From an uncultured Francisella sp. (GTDB lineage Bacteria > Pseudomonadota > Gammaproteobacteria > Burkholderiales > Neisseriaceae): a DNA stretch of 25,887 nucleotides. The stretch spans positions 1-25,887 of the forward strand of contig CAJPTP010000001.1 in assembly GCA_905373555.1 (NCBI GenBank), given 5' to 3'. The notes under the pieces are model-generated. The model was not told the origin of the DNA. It worked only from the letters and a program-made list of their open reading frames with translations, and made no database searches. Shown piece by piece: positions 16,891 to 25,832 of this stretch. Position numbers and translations under genes: made by a program. The first letter of the stretch is position 1, and each line of letters begins with the position of its first letter.

Positions 16891-18693
16891 ATGAGAACGA
16901 ACTACTGCGGCTTGATCGACGAATCGTACGACAAGCAAACCGTGACCGTGAAAGGTTGGGTTCACCGCCGGCGCGATCACGGCGGCGTGATTTTCATCGA
17001 CTTGAGAGACCGGGAGGGCCTCGTCCAAGTGGTCGTCGACCCCGACACCCCCGAAGCTTTCAAAAAGGCCGATTCTTGCCGCAACGAGTACGTCTTGTCG
17101 GTCACGGGCGTGGTGCGCATGCGCCCCGAGGACGCCTACAACGAGAAGATGGTTTCGGGAAAAATCGAGTTGCTGGCCAAGGAAATCGAGGTGCTCAACG
17201 TCTCCGAGACGCCGCCGTTCCAAATCGACGACATGAACGTCTCCGAAAACGTGCGCCTGAAATACCGCGTGATCGACCTGCGCCGAGCCGAGATGCAGTC
17301 CAACCTGCGGCTGCGCTACAAAGTCGCGATGGAAACGCGCCGTTACCTCGACGACCACGGCTTCATCGACGTCGAGACGCCGATGCTGACCCGCTCGACC
17401 CCCGAGGGCGCCCGCGACTACCTCGTGCCCTCGCGCGTGCACCACGGCAAATTCTACGCCCTGCCCCAATCCCCGCAGCTGTTCAAGCAGCTGCTGATGG
17501 TGGCGGGCTTCGACCGCTACTACCAAATCACCAAGTGCTTCCGCGACGAGGACTTGCGGGCCGACAGACAGCCCGAGTTCACGCAGATCGATTTGGAGAC
17601 CTCATTCCTGGACGAAGGCGAGATCATGGATCTGGCCGAGGGGATGATCCGCCAAATCTTCAAAAACACGATGGGGATCGACATTCCCAAGCTCGAGCGC
17701 ATGCCCTACGGCGAGGCGATGGCGCTGTACGGCTCCGACAAGCCCGATTTGCGCTGCAAGCTCAAGTTCGTGGATCTGACCGAAGAGATGAAGGCCGAGA
17801 CGTTCAAGGTCTTCAATGAGGCGGCCAACATGAAAAACGGCCGCGTGGTCGCCCTGCGCGTGCCCAACGGCTCGAAGATCAGCCGCAAGGACATCGACGG
17901 GCTGACCGACTTCGTCGGCGTCTACGGCGCCAAGGGCTTGGCCTACATCAAGGTCAATGATCCGGCCAAGACCGCCAAGGGCGAGGACTGCGGCCTGCAG
18001 TCGCCCATCGTGAAGTTCTTGGGCGACGAGACGCTGAAAACCATCGTCGCCAAGACGGGCGCCCAAGCGGGCGACTTGGTCTTTTTCGGCGCGGGCCCGG
18101 AGAAGGTCGTCAACGAATCCATCGGCGCCTTGCGCGTGAAGCTGGGATTGGAGCGCGGCGAGGCAGACGGCTACTTTGAGCCCGGATGGCGATTCCTGTG
18201 GGTGGTCGATTTCCCCATGTTCGAGTGGGACGACCAAGAAAACCGCTGGAACGCCATGCACCACCCCTTCACCTGCCCCAAGCCCGGGCATGAGGATCTG
18301 ATGGAGACGGACCCCGAGCATTGCCTCGCGCGCGCCTACGACATGGTGCTCAACGGCTGGGAGCTCGGCGGCGGCTCGATCCGCATCCACAAAGCCGACA
18401 TTCAGGAGAAGGTTTTCAAGGCGTTGAAGATCACCCCCGAGCAGCAGCGCAACAAGTTCGGCTTCCTTCTGGACAGCCTCAAGTTCGGCGCCCCGCCGCA
18501 CGGCGGCTTGGCCTTCGGCTTGGATCGCATGATCACGCTGATGACGAAGTCGGATTCGATCCGCGACGTGATCGCCTTCCCCAAGACCAAGCTGGCGCAG
18601 TGCCTGTTGACCGACTCCCCCAACCAAGTCGACGAAGGCCAGCTGCGCGACTTGGGCCTAAGGCTGCTGCAAACCGCCAAGGCCAAGGACTGA
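16891..18693 (+). CDS. aspS: Aspartate--tRNA ligase
   Basis: [61 protein letters not shown] and IAFPKT. Confidence 0.99.
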   Translation: MRTNYCGLIDESYDKQTVTVKGWVHRRRDHGGVIFIDLRDREGLVQVVVDPDTPEAFKKADSCRNEYVLSVTGVVRMRPEDAYNEKMVSGKIELLAKEIEVLNVSETPPFQIDDMNVSENVRLKYRVIDLRRAEMQSNLRLRYKVAMETRRYLDDHGFIDVETPMLTRSTPEGARDYLVPSRVHHGKFYALPQSPQLFKQLLMVAGFDRYYQITKCFRDEDLRADRQPEFTQIDLETSFLDEGEIMDLAEGMIRQIFKNTMGIDIPKLERMPYGEAMALYGSDKPDLRCKLKFVDLTEEMKAETFKVFNEAANMKNGRVVALRVPNGSKISRKDIDGLTDFVGVYGAKGLAYIKVNDPAKTAKGEDCGLQSPIVKFLGDETLKTIVAKTGAQAGDLVFFGAGPEKVVNESIGALRVKLGLERGEADGYFEPGWRFLWVVDFPMFEWDDQENRWNAMHHPFTCPKPGHEDLMETDPEHCLARAYDMVLNGWELGGGSIRIHKADIQEKVFKALKITPEQQRNKFGFLLDSLKFGAPPHGGLAFGLDRMITLMTKSDSIRDVIAFPKTKLAQCLLTDSPNQVDEGQLRDLGLRLLQTAKAKD

Positions 18694-18736
18694 TCGGCCG
18701 ATCCGAGCAACGCTTGGCGCACGCGCCGCCAAGGGC

Positions 18737-18767
18737 AAAAAAAGGCTTCGCAAGAAGCCTTTTTTTT
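18737..18767 (+). terminator. Rho-independent terminator after aspS
   Basis: A7-GGCTTC-GCAA-GAAGCC-T8. Confidence 0.9.
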
Positions 18768-18919
18768 GAGCCCGGAGCCAAAGCGCCGCAAAATCCATCC
18801 AAGCGCCGGCCCTCGGCCCCGACGGCAAGCGGCCGGGGGGGGGGACGGAGCGAAGCGGGCGGCTTGGGATTGTTTGACTTATTTTGGCGGCGACGGCTCG
18901 ATCGTCGCGAGAGAACGAC

Positions 18920-19885
18920 ATGTCAGTGCTCACCACGGTCAGCCCCGACCAAATGCGGGAATACCTGAAGCTTTACGATTTGGGGCAGCTGCGCGCCATG
19001 CGCGGGATCCAAGCGGGGGTCACCAACACCAACTATTTCGTGGACACGGACAAGGGCCGTTATGTGCTGACGGTCTTTGAGACGCTCAAGCTCGATGAAA
19101 TCCCGTATTTCATGAAGCTTAAGCTTCATCTCAACTCAAGGGGGGTGGCATGCCCCGAGCCCATCGCGCTGAAAGACGGCAGGCTGTGCGCCGAGCTGTT
19201 GGGCAAGCCCGCGGCGCTGATCTCTCGGCTCAAAGGCGCCGAGACGGCCCGCCCCAACGCAAAGCAGTGCCGAGCCGTCGGGGCGATGCAGGCCAAAATG
19301 CACTTGGCGGGGGAAGGATCGGATCTGCGCATGAAAAACCCGCGCGGCTTCGCTTGGTGCAAGCTCGCCTACGACAAGGTGAAAAGCAAAATGGAGCCCG
19401 AGGAGTCCCAGGTTCTGGGCGAGGAGATCCGACATCTAAGCCAAGCCTTGGGCAAAATCGGCGGCGACGAGCCGGGGTCGGTCCCCGGCCTGCCTTGGGG
19501 CCCGATCCACGCGGATCTGTTCAAGGACAACGTGCTGCTCGACGGGGATGAGGTCGCGGGCTTCATCGACTTTTACTACGCCTGCGACGGCTATTTCGCC
19601 TACGACTTGGCCGTGTCGCTCAACGACTGGGCGCGCGACCCCGACAGCAACGAAATGATTCCGGAGTTGGAGGCGGCCTTCATGGAGGGCTATGAATCGG
19701 AGCGCCCGCTGAACCGCGCCGAAAAAGACAGCTTTTTGGACATGCGCCGCTGGGCTTGCGTGCGCTTTTGGACGTCGCGGCTGCTTGACTGGCACTTCCC
19801 GCCCGAAGGGGAGCTCACCTACGCCAAAGACCCGACGGTCTTTCGCGACCTCTTGCTCGCCATGCGCCGACTCGCGGGCGGCTGA
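18920..19885 (+). CDS. thrB: Homoserine kinase type II (APH-fold ThrB)
   Basis: MSVLT, GVTNTNYF, YVLTVFE, IHADLFKDNVL, IDFYYAC, RFWTSRL and KDP motifs. Confidence 0.93.
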   Translation: MSVLTTVSPDQMREYLKLYDLGQLRAMRGIQAGVTNTNYFVDTDKGRYVLTVFETLKLDEIPYFMKLKLHLNSRGVACPEPIALKDGRLCAELLGKPAALISRLKGAETARPNAKQCRAVGAMQAKMHLAGEGSDLRMKNPRGFAWCKLAYDKVKSKMEPEESQVLGEEIRHLSQALGKIGGDEPGSVPGLPWGPIHADLFKDNVLLDGDEVAGFIDFYYACDGYFAYDLAVSLNDWARDPDSNEMIPELEAAFMEGYESERPLNRAEKDSFLDMRRWACVRFWTSRLLDWHFPPEGELTYAKDPTVFRDLLLAMRRLAGG

Positions 19886-19901
19886 AATCCGCATCGCCGA
19901 C

Positions 19902-19935
19902 AAAAAAAAGACCGCCGAAAGGCGGCCTTTTTTTT
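19902..19935. terminator. Bidirectional terminator between thrB and the M23 gene
   Basis: A8-GACCGCC-GAAA-GGCGGCC-T8 between convergent genes. Confidence 0.88.
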
Positions 19936-19964
19936 GCGCGGCGCGCGGGCGCAGCGCGCCGGCG

Positions 19965-22037
19965 CTACTCGCCGCCCGCGTAATCGTTGGGGGAGCGGAT
20001 CAGCGTTTCCAAGGCCCCTTCGAACTCCACCACCTTCTTGGAAAAATCGTCGGCGTCCTCGACGCCGAGGAAGGGCGATCCCGCCAAGTTCAAGGCGGGG
20101 TCGACAGGGATGCCGTTGATGCGCACCTCGAAATGCAGATGCGGCCCCGTCGCAAAGCCCGTGGCGCCGACCAAGCCGATGACGTCGCCCGCCTTGACCT
20201 TTTGGCCGATCTTCAAGGGCGCGATCGCGCTCATGTGGGCGCTGTAGGTCGTGACGCCCTCGTCGTGGTCGAGCGCGACCATGATCCCGTAGCCGCCCCG
20301 CCGCCCCGCGTAGGCCACCGTCCCATCGCGAACGGCGCGAATGGGGGCGCCGCGCGGGGCGGCGTAATCGATCCCGGTGTGCATGCGCCACGAGCGGCGG
20401 ATCGGATGCAGGCGCATGCCAAACGGCGACGTCACGCGCAGCCGCTCCAAGGGCTTGACCTCGAAGCCGTCGATCCAAGTTATGCCCTGCTCGTCGTAGT
20501 AGCTGAAATTTTCCTCGCGGCCCTTGCTGTAGTGGTAGGACTTGAGCGTGCGCGGCGAGCCGTCTTTGTCGACGAAATCGACCCGGGCCGCGACGATGGG
20601 GCCCGTGCCGACGGGCTCGCCGTTGCGGGTGTACGCCTCGTAGATCAAAGCGACCTCGTCTCCGGGCTTGAGGTCGTTGAGCTTGACCTCCCTTTTAAAG
20701 ATTTGCCGCAGGCTTTCGCGAATGTCCAAAGGCGCGTCGTTTTTGGCCAAGGCGCCCGCGAACGACGAGGTGACCGTCGCCTTGCGCGCCATGAACACGC
20801 TTTCCGTGTCGCGCTTGCCCTCGTCGGGGCGCCACGCGCCATCCCTTTTGGAAAACGAGAACAGATTGTCCTCGCCATCCTCGGCGGCGACGAAATCGAC
20901 CGAGAACAGCTCGCCCATGGCGTTGACTTCAACATAAACCAAGCTGTCCTTTTTCAGCGTTCCCTCGCGCGGGGCGTCGGACGGGGAGGCTTGGGCGTAA
21001 GCCTTGAGCCAAGAAACAAAGCCGTCGGCCTCGAGCGCATCCGCGCCCGAGGCCAGCAGCGCTCGGCGCAGATCGCGGCTTTCGCCCGCATAGGCCAAGG
21101 CGCTGTGCGCGACCTCGTCCCGCTGCGCCGCCTCGCGCGGATCGGGCAGCTTCAGCGCCGGGCGAATGCGCTTTTGGACGGTTTTGGCGTTCGCGACGGG
21201 CGCGTCGACCGCGGGGTCGAGCAAAAACAAACCGACGAACAAGAACAGGGCGAACAAAGCGGCGCAAGCCGCGCTCAAGATCCGCAAGGACCGCAAAAGC
21301 CCGCGCCGGCGCAGCCGCGCCCAAGCCCAAACCGCGGCGGCCCAGCCGCGCAAGCGCTTTGGGGCGGAGCGCAAGGCGCCCCAGGCGCGCCGCGCCTCAA
21401 GCCGGGCTCGGGCCCGTCGGGCGAAGCGGCGCGTCTCGCGCGCGATCTGAGCCTCGGCGGCGCGGCGCGCTTTGTCCGCGCGCCGGCGCTCGCGCTCCTC
21501 TTCCTTGAGCCGGTGCCGCGCCGGCGGGTTTTCGTGGGCGCTTTCGCTTGAGGCGGCTTCGGCGCCCTTCCTCTCCCCCGCCGCTTCCCCTCCCCTAGCC
21601 TCTTTGTCGGCGCCCGATCGAGCCAAAGGGTCGGGGGCCGAGGAAGCCAAGGAAGCCGAGGAAGTCGAGGGAGCCGCGCAGTTCGCGGAAGCCGCCCGGG
21701 CGCCGAGGGCATCCTCGGTTGTCGAAGAAAGCGCCGGATCCCGGGCGCCCCAAGCGGATGTCGGGGCGGCTTCGGACCCGAACGGAGCCCCATCCTCGGC
21801 GCCGGCGCCGGCGAAACCGTCAGAAGGCTCAGAAGCGGGCGCGGGAGCGGGCGAGGGCGCGCCGCGCGCCGCGGCGGCCGGAATGCGGGCGGAAACAAGC
21901 GGATCGACAGGCGCCGCGGCGCTGTGTGCGGGCAAACCGATGGAATCGGGCGAAACTTCGGCGCCGTTTGGCTCCCCTTGGGTCTGCCCGAGCTCGCTTC
22001 CCGGCCCTGCGCCTTTGCGGCGCGAAAAAAACGACAT
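19965..22037 (-). CDS. M23 family peptidoglycan endopeptidase (MepM-like) with long N-terminal extension
   Basis: VTSPFGMRLHPI, HTGIDY (HxxxD), YSAHMS and TGPHLHFEV (HxH); one TM segment. The start is uncertain; ATG 22037 (MSFFSRRK) was chosen. Confidence 0.88.
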   Translation of the reverse strand: MSFFSRRKGAGPGSELGQTQGEPNGAEVSPDSIGLPAHSAAAPVDPLVSARIPAAAARGAPSPAPAPASEPSDGFAGAGAEDGAPFGSEAAPTSAWGARDPALSSTTEDALGARAASANCAAPSTSSASLASSAPDPLARSGADKEARGGEAAGERKGAEAASSESAHENPPARHRLKEEERERRRADKARRAAEAQIARETRRFARRARARLEARRAWGALRSAPKRLRGWAAAVWAWARLRRRGLLRSLRILSAACAALFALFLFVGLFLLDPAVDAPVANAKTVQKRIRPALKLPDPREAAQRDEVAHSALAYAGESRDLRRALLASGADALEADGFVSWLKAYAQASPSDAPREGTLKKDSLVYVEVNAMGELFSVDFVAAEDGEDNLFSFSKRDGAWRPDEGKRDTESVFMARKATVTSSFAGALAKNDAPLDIRESLRQIFKREVKLNDLKPGDEVALIYEAYTRNGEPVGTGPIVAARVDFVDKDGSPRTLKSYHYSKGREENFSYYDEQGITWIDGFEVKPLERLRVTSPFGMRLHPIRRSWRMHTGIDYAAPRGAPIRAVRDGTVAYAGRRGGYGIMVALDHDEGVTTYSAHMSAIAPLKIGQKVKAGDVIGLVGATGFATGPHLHFEVRINGIPVDPALNLAGSPFLGVEDADDFSKKVVEFEGALETLIRSPNDYAGGE

Positions 22038-22166
22038 CGAAATCCCCAAATCGCGGGTCGACTGCGCCCCGCCTTGCGCATGCTTTGCGCCTATCTTAAC
22101 CGCGAGCGCCCTCGGCCCCGTTTGGCCTTGATCAAGCAGCCTGCCCGGGCGAAGCGCTGTGTTTTT

Positions 22167-22175
22167 TGCTATGAT
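22167..22175 (+). promoter_or_regulatory. Extended -10 promoter element for hpt
   Basis: TGCTATGAT preceded by a T-tract. Confidence 0.5.
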
Positions 22176-22281
22176 CCTCGGGCGCCTCGAAGGCGCCCGA
22201 GGATCGCGAGCCTTCACGCCGATCGCGGCTTGCCATCGAACGGCTCCCTTACCCCCGATCGGCCGAAAGAGGCGCGCGCCC

Positions 22282-22854
22282 ATGAACCGCGAAACGCAGA
22301 TCAAAATATTCGACAAATCCATCCTCATCGCCGACGAGGCGACGTGCGCGGCCGCCATCGACAAAATGGCCGCGGAAATGAGGACGCGCCTGCGCAACAG
22401 CTACCCGCTGTTCATCGCCGTGATGAACGGGGCCTTCGTGTTCGCCGCCAACCTGATCGTTCGGCTTCAGTTTCCCATGGAGTTCGACACCGTCATCGCC
22501 CGCCGCTATCAAGACAAAATCGTCGGCCAGCCGCTGGATTGGGTCAAAAAGCCGCCCCAAAGCGTCAAGGGCCGAACCGTGGTCTTGCTTGACGACATCC
22601 TCGACGAGGGCGTGACGCTCAAGGCCGCCAAGGAGGAAATCTTGGCGGCGGGGGCAACCGCGTGCCTAAGCGCCGTTTTCGTGGAAAAAGACCGCAAGGT
22701 TCCCAACCGCATGGAGCCCGACTTCATCGGCGTCAAGGCGCCCAACCTGTTTTTGTTCGGCTACGGCATGGACGTGCGCGGCGCGTGGCGCAACCTGCCG
22801 TGCGTGCGGGCGATCCCCAAAGAGCGCGAGGCGGAGGCGTTGGAGACGCTCTAG
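22282..22854 (+). CDS. hpt: Hypoxanthine-guanine phosphoribosyltransferase
   Basis: VMNGAFVF, PRPP-binding motif VVLLDDILDEGVTL, and FGYGMD..GAWRNLP. Confidence 0.92.
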   Translation: MNRETQIKIFDKSILIADEATCAAAIDKMAAEMRTRLRNSYPLFIAVMNGAFVFAANLIVRLQFPMEFDTVIARRYQDKIVGQPLDWVKKPPQSVKGRTVVLLDDILDEGVTLKAAKEEILAAGATACLSAVFVEKDRKVPNRMEPDFIGVKAPNLFLFGYGMDVRGAWRNLPCVRAIPKEREAEALETL

Positions 22855-22916
22855 ACCAATTCACCGCCCGAGCCGAAGCCCGGCCGAAGCCCAAGCCCGG
22901 GCGCCGCGCATAAAGC

Positions 22917-22945
22917 AAAGCCCCTCTTCCGAGGGGCTTTTTTTT
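22917..22945 (+). terminator. Rho-independent terminator after hpt
   Basis: AAAGCCCCTC-TTCC-GAGGGGC followed by T8. Confidence 0.9.
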
Positions 22946-23401
22946 CAAGCGGGCAGACGCGCGCTTCGCCGGTTCACGCTTGAAAGGACCCAACGACCCA
23001 ACTTTGGATCGCGCGGCATTCCCCGGCCGTTTGGGCCGATTTTGGCGGGTTCGCCGAAATGACCGCGCCCTTTTGATCTGTTCAAGGCGTTTCAAGGGCG
23101 TTTTGCGCCAATCGTTTCCGGATGCGGGCATGCGATTCGGCGGTTTTGGGATTCCGGCCGATAAGGCGCGAGGGAATGACGGGGATTAAACCCCGCAAAC
23201 CTCGCGCCCGGCGTTTTTTGAGCCGCCCATCCCATTGACCGCCAAAAGGCCATGCCGCGCGCTTTCCTCAACGCCATGCTTGTTATTTTCGGCCGGATCC
23301 AAGGCGGCGCCGGCCGGTTGTTCGACCACCCTTGCGCCGTTCTTGCGTCGTTCCATTCCGGACGCAACACATGAACTCAAGCGGGTTGGGCGCGTCAAGC
23401 G

Positions 23402-24649
23402 TCAGATGAGGTTGACGAAGAAGCTCAAGATCAGCGCGTTGATGATGTCGACGAAGAAGGCCCCGACCAAAGGCACGATCAGGAAGGCCTTGTGCGAATC
23501 GCCGAATTTTTGCGTGATGGCCTGCATGTTCGCCACGGCCGTGGGGGTCGCGCCCATGCCGAATCCGCAGTGGCCGGCGGTCAGAACCACGGCGTCGTAA
23601 TCCTTGCCCATGATCCTGTAGGTCACGAAAATCGCCCACAGCACCATGAACACGGTCTGCACCGCCAAAATGACCAGCACGGGGATCGCCAAACCCGCCA
23701 AGGTCCAAAATTGCAGCGACATGATGGCCATGGCCAAGAACAGCGACAGCGCCACGTTGCCGAACACGTCGATGCTGCGATCAAACATCTTCACCCCGGC
23801 GTAGTGGGTCAAAAGGTTGCGCACGATGATGCCGACCAGAATCGCCCACACGAACGCGGGCACCGTGAAGCTGCTGCCGATCGACGCCATCCAGCCGCGG
23901 AACCACTGGTTGATCCAGTATTGGCCCGCCAAGCACACGGAAAACAAGGCCAAGGTCTCGATCGCCGACTCGGCGGTGATCAGGCGCTCCTGCAAAGGCC
24001 GCTCAAAGTGCAAAGGCTCGGCTTTGGCTTTGCCCTCTTGGTCGACCATCTCGTCTTTGACGCCCGGGGTTTTGATCTTGCCGCCCTTGAGCAAAAACCG
24101 GGCCGCGGGGCCGCCGATCAGGCCGCCCAGAATCAAGCCGAACGTCGCGCAGGCCACGCCCAACGCGGCGGCGTTTTCCAAGCCCTTGGACTGCAGCGCC
24201 TCGGTCCAGCCCAAGGCCGTGCCGTGGCCGCCCGTGAGGGTGATGGAGCCCGCGACCAAGCCCGTGAGCTTGTCGACGCCAAACAGCGCGGCCAAGCCCA
24301 CGCCCACGATGTTTTGCACGATGATGAACGCGCCCACGACAAACGTGAAAATCAACAGCGGCTTGCCGCCGGCCTTCAAGCGAGAAAAATCGGCGCCCAA
24401 GCCGATCGACGAGAAAAACATCAGCATCAGGCCGTTTTGGAAATCCTTGTCAACGTTGATGGCAAACTCGCCCGAAGACGCATAGTGAATGACCATCACG
24501 ATCAAAGCCACGAACAAGCCGCCCGCGACGGGCTCGGGGATGTTGTAATCGTTGAGAGCCTTGATCTTCTTGACCATGTAACGGCCCAGCAGCAACACGA
24601 ACGTCGCCGCGATGAGCGTGTAATAGCCGTTGAGATTGAATACGCCCAT
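23402..24649 (-). CDS. gltS: Sodium/glutamate symporter
   Basis: YNIPEPVAGG, GSITLTGGHGT, ATFGLILGGLIGGP, GHCGFGMGATPTAVANM and AFLIVPLVGAFFVDIIN. Confidence 0.97.
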   Translation of the reverse strand: MGVFNLNGYYTLIAATFVLLLGRYMVKKIKALNDYNIPEPVAGGLFVALIVMVIHYASSGEFAINVDKDFQNGLMLMFFSSIGLGADFSRLKAGGKPLLIFTFVVGAFIIVQNIVGVGLAALFGVDKLTGLVAGSITLTGGHGTALGWTEALQSKGLENAAALGVACATFGLILGGLIGGPAARFLLKGGKIKTPGVKDEMVDQEGKAKAEPLHFERPLQERLITAESAIETLALFSVCLAGQYWINQWFRGWMASIGSSFTVPAFVWAILVGIIVRNLLTHYAGVKMFDRSIDVFGNVALSLFLAMAIMSLQFWTLAGLAIPVLVILAVQTVFMVLWAIFVTYRIMGKDYDAVVLTAGHCGFGMGATPTAVANMQAITQKFGDSHKAFLIVPLVGAFFVDIINALILSFFVNLI

Positions 24650-24727
24650 AGTCGTTCCTTATTCCAAATGGGGATGGCGCCTGTCGGGCCTCGCCTTCGA
24701 GGCCGACCCGCCGGCGACGCACCAAAC

Positions 24728-24781
24728 GCCCGGATGCGGCGCCTTGCCATGGCAAGCCACGGCAAGACGCCGCATTCGGGC
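24728..24781. repeat. 26-bp-arm imperfect inverted repeat upstream of gltS
   Basis: GCCCGGATGCGGCGCCTTGCCATGGC-AA-GCCACGGCAAGACGCCGCATTCGGGC; 23 of 26 positions are complementary. Confidence 0.85.
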
Positions 24782-24961
24782 CGCTTCGATCATAGCAAAA
24801 AAGATCGAACCCAAAACGCTCCGCGCCGATTTTTTTAATAATTGCTTAAGAATGATCGGGCGCTTCGCGCGCGCCAAGGCGCAAAACCCCGGATTTCCGG
24901 ATCCGCGCGACGCCTTGCGCCGCGCCGCGCGAGCCGTGAGGGCTTTACGCCATGAGAGCTT

Positions 24962-24970
24962 TGATATAAT
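24962..24970 (+). promoter_or_regulatory. Extended -10 promoter of the PTS genes
   Basis: TGATATAAT, a perfect TGn-TATAAT. Confidence 0.65.
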
Positions 24971-25063
24971 GGCTCGATTGCATCCTTGGCGCGGGCTTGG
25001 CCGAATTTGGGCAACCTTCAAGGCGCGGGCGATTCGCCCCTCTGCGCAGGGCGGGCTTTTGAC

Positions 25064-25504
25064 ATGATCGGCATTCTTGTCATCACACACGAAACCATCG
25101 GCGAGTCGTACAAAAAACTCGTCAAACACGTTTTCGGCAAAGCGCCGAAGAGCATGCAGGTCTTGGGGGTGAAGAAAACCGGCGACCCCGACAAAACCGC
25201 CGCCGACGCCGAGGCGCTGATCGAAAAGATGGGGCCGCGCGATGGCGTGCTGATCCTGACCGACCTGTTCGGGGCGACGCCTTCCAACGTCGCCTGCAAA
25301 TTGGCTCGCCGCGGCCGGCGCGCCGTGATCGCGGGCATGAACGCCTCGATGGTCATCAAAGCCGCTCAGCACTGCGAGGAGCGCGGCAGCTTGGACGCCT
25401 TTTGCCAATTGGTCAAAAAAGCGGGCCAAGACGGCATCATCGTGATCGACAAAGCGCAGGACGAAGGCCCATCCGCCTTGGGCTTGGGCAAAGACCGGGG
25501 CTGA
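25064..25504 (+). CDS. PTS EIIA component, mannose/fructose family
   Basis: MIGILVITH (phospho-His), GVLILTDLFGATPSN and AGMNASM; lies directly upstream of HPr. Confidence 0.92.
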   Translation: MIGILVITHETIGESYKKLVKHVFGKAPKSMQVLGVKKTGDPDKTAADAEALIEKMGPRDGVLILTDLFGATPSNVACKLARRGRRAVIAGMNASMVIKAAQHCEERGSLDAFCQLVKKAGQDGIIVIDKAQDEGPSALGLGKDRG

Positions 25505-25562
25505 CAAGAGCCCAAGGCCAAGCGCTTTGACGCGCTCGGCGCTTTGAAGCATGGATTGGCGT

Positions 25563-25832
25563 ATGGTCGAAAAAGAGGTCGAAATCGCGAACGTCTTGGG
25601 GCTGCACGCCCGAGCCTCGAGCAAGTTCACCCAAACCGCCGGGCGCTTCGCATCCGAGGTGTGGGTCGAGCGGCGCGGCAAAAAAGTCAACGGCAAAAGC
25701 ATCATGGGCTTGATGATGCTCGCCGCCCCCAAAGGCAGCTCGATCACAATCCGATGCATGGGCTCCGACGAGGTCGACGCGCTCAACGCCTTGACCGAAC
25801 TGGTCGAAGGCCTGTTCGGCGAAGACAAGTGA
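25563..25832 (+). CDS. ptsH: Phosphocarrier protein HPr
   Basis: LGLHARASSKF (His15) and NGKSIMGLMMLAA (Ser46). The alternative start is 25551. Confidence 0.96.
   Translation: MVEKEVEIANVLGLHARASSKFTQTAGRFASEVWVERRGKKVNGKSIMGLMMLAAPKGSSITIRCMGSDEVDALNALTELVEGLFGEDK

Noticed and set aside
22980..23400. Short ORFs in the hpt-gltS spacer
   Set aside because: No convincing RBS, atypical codon usage and no recognisable domain.
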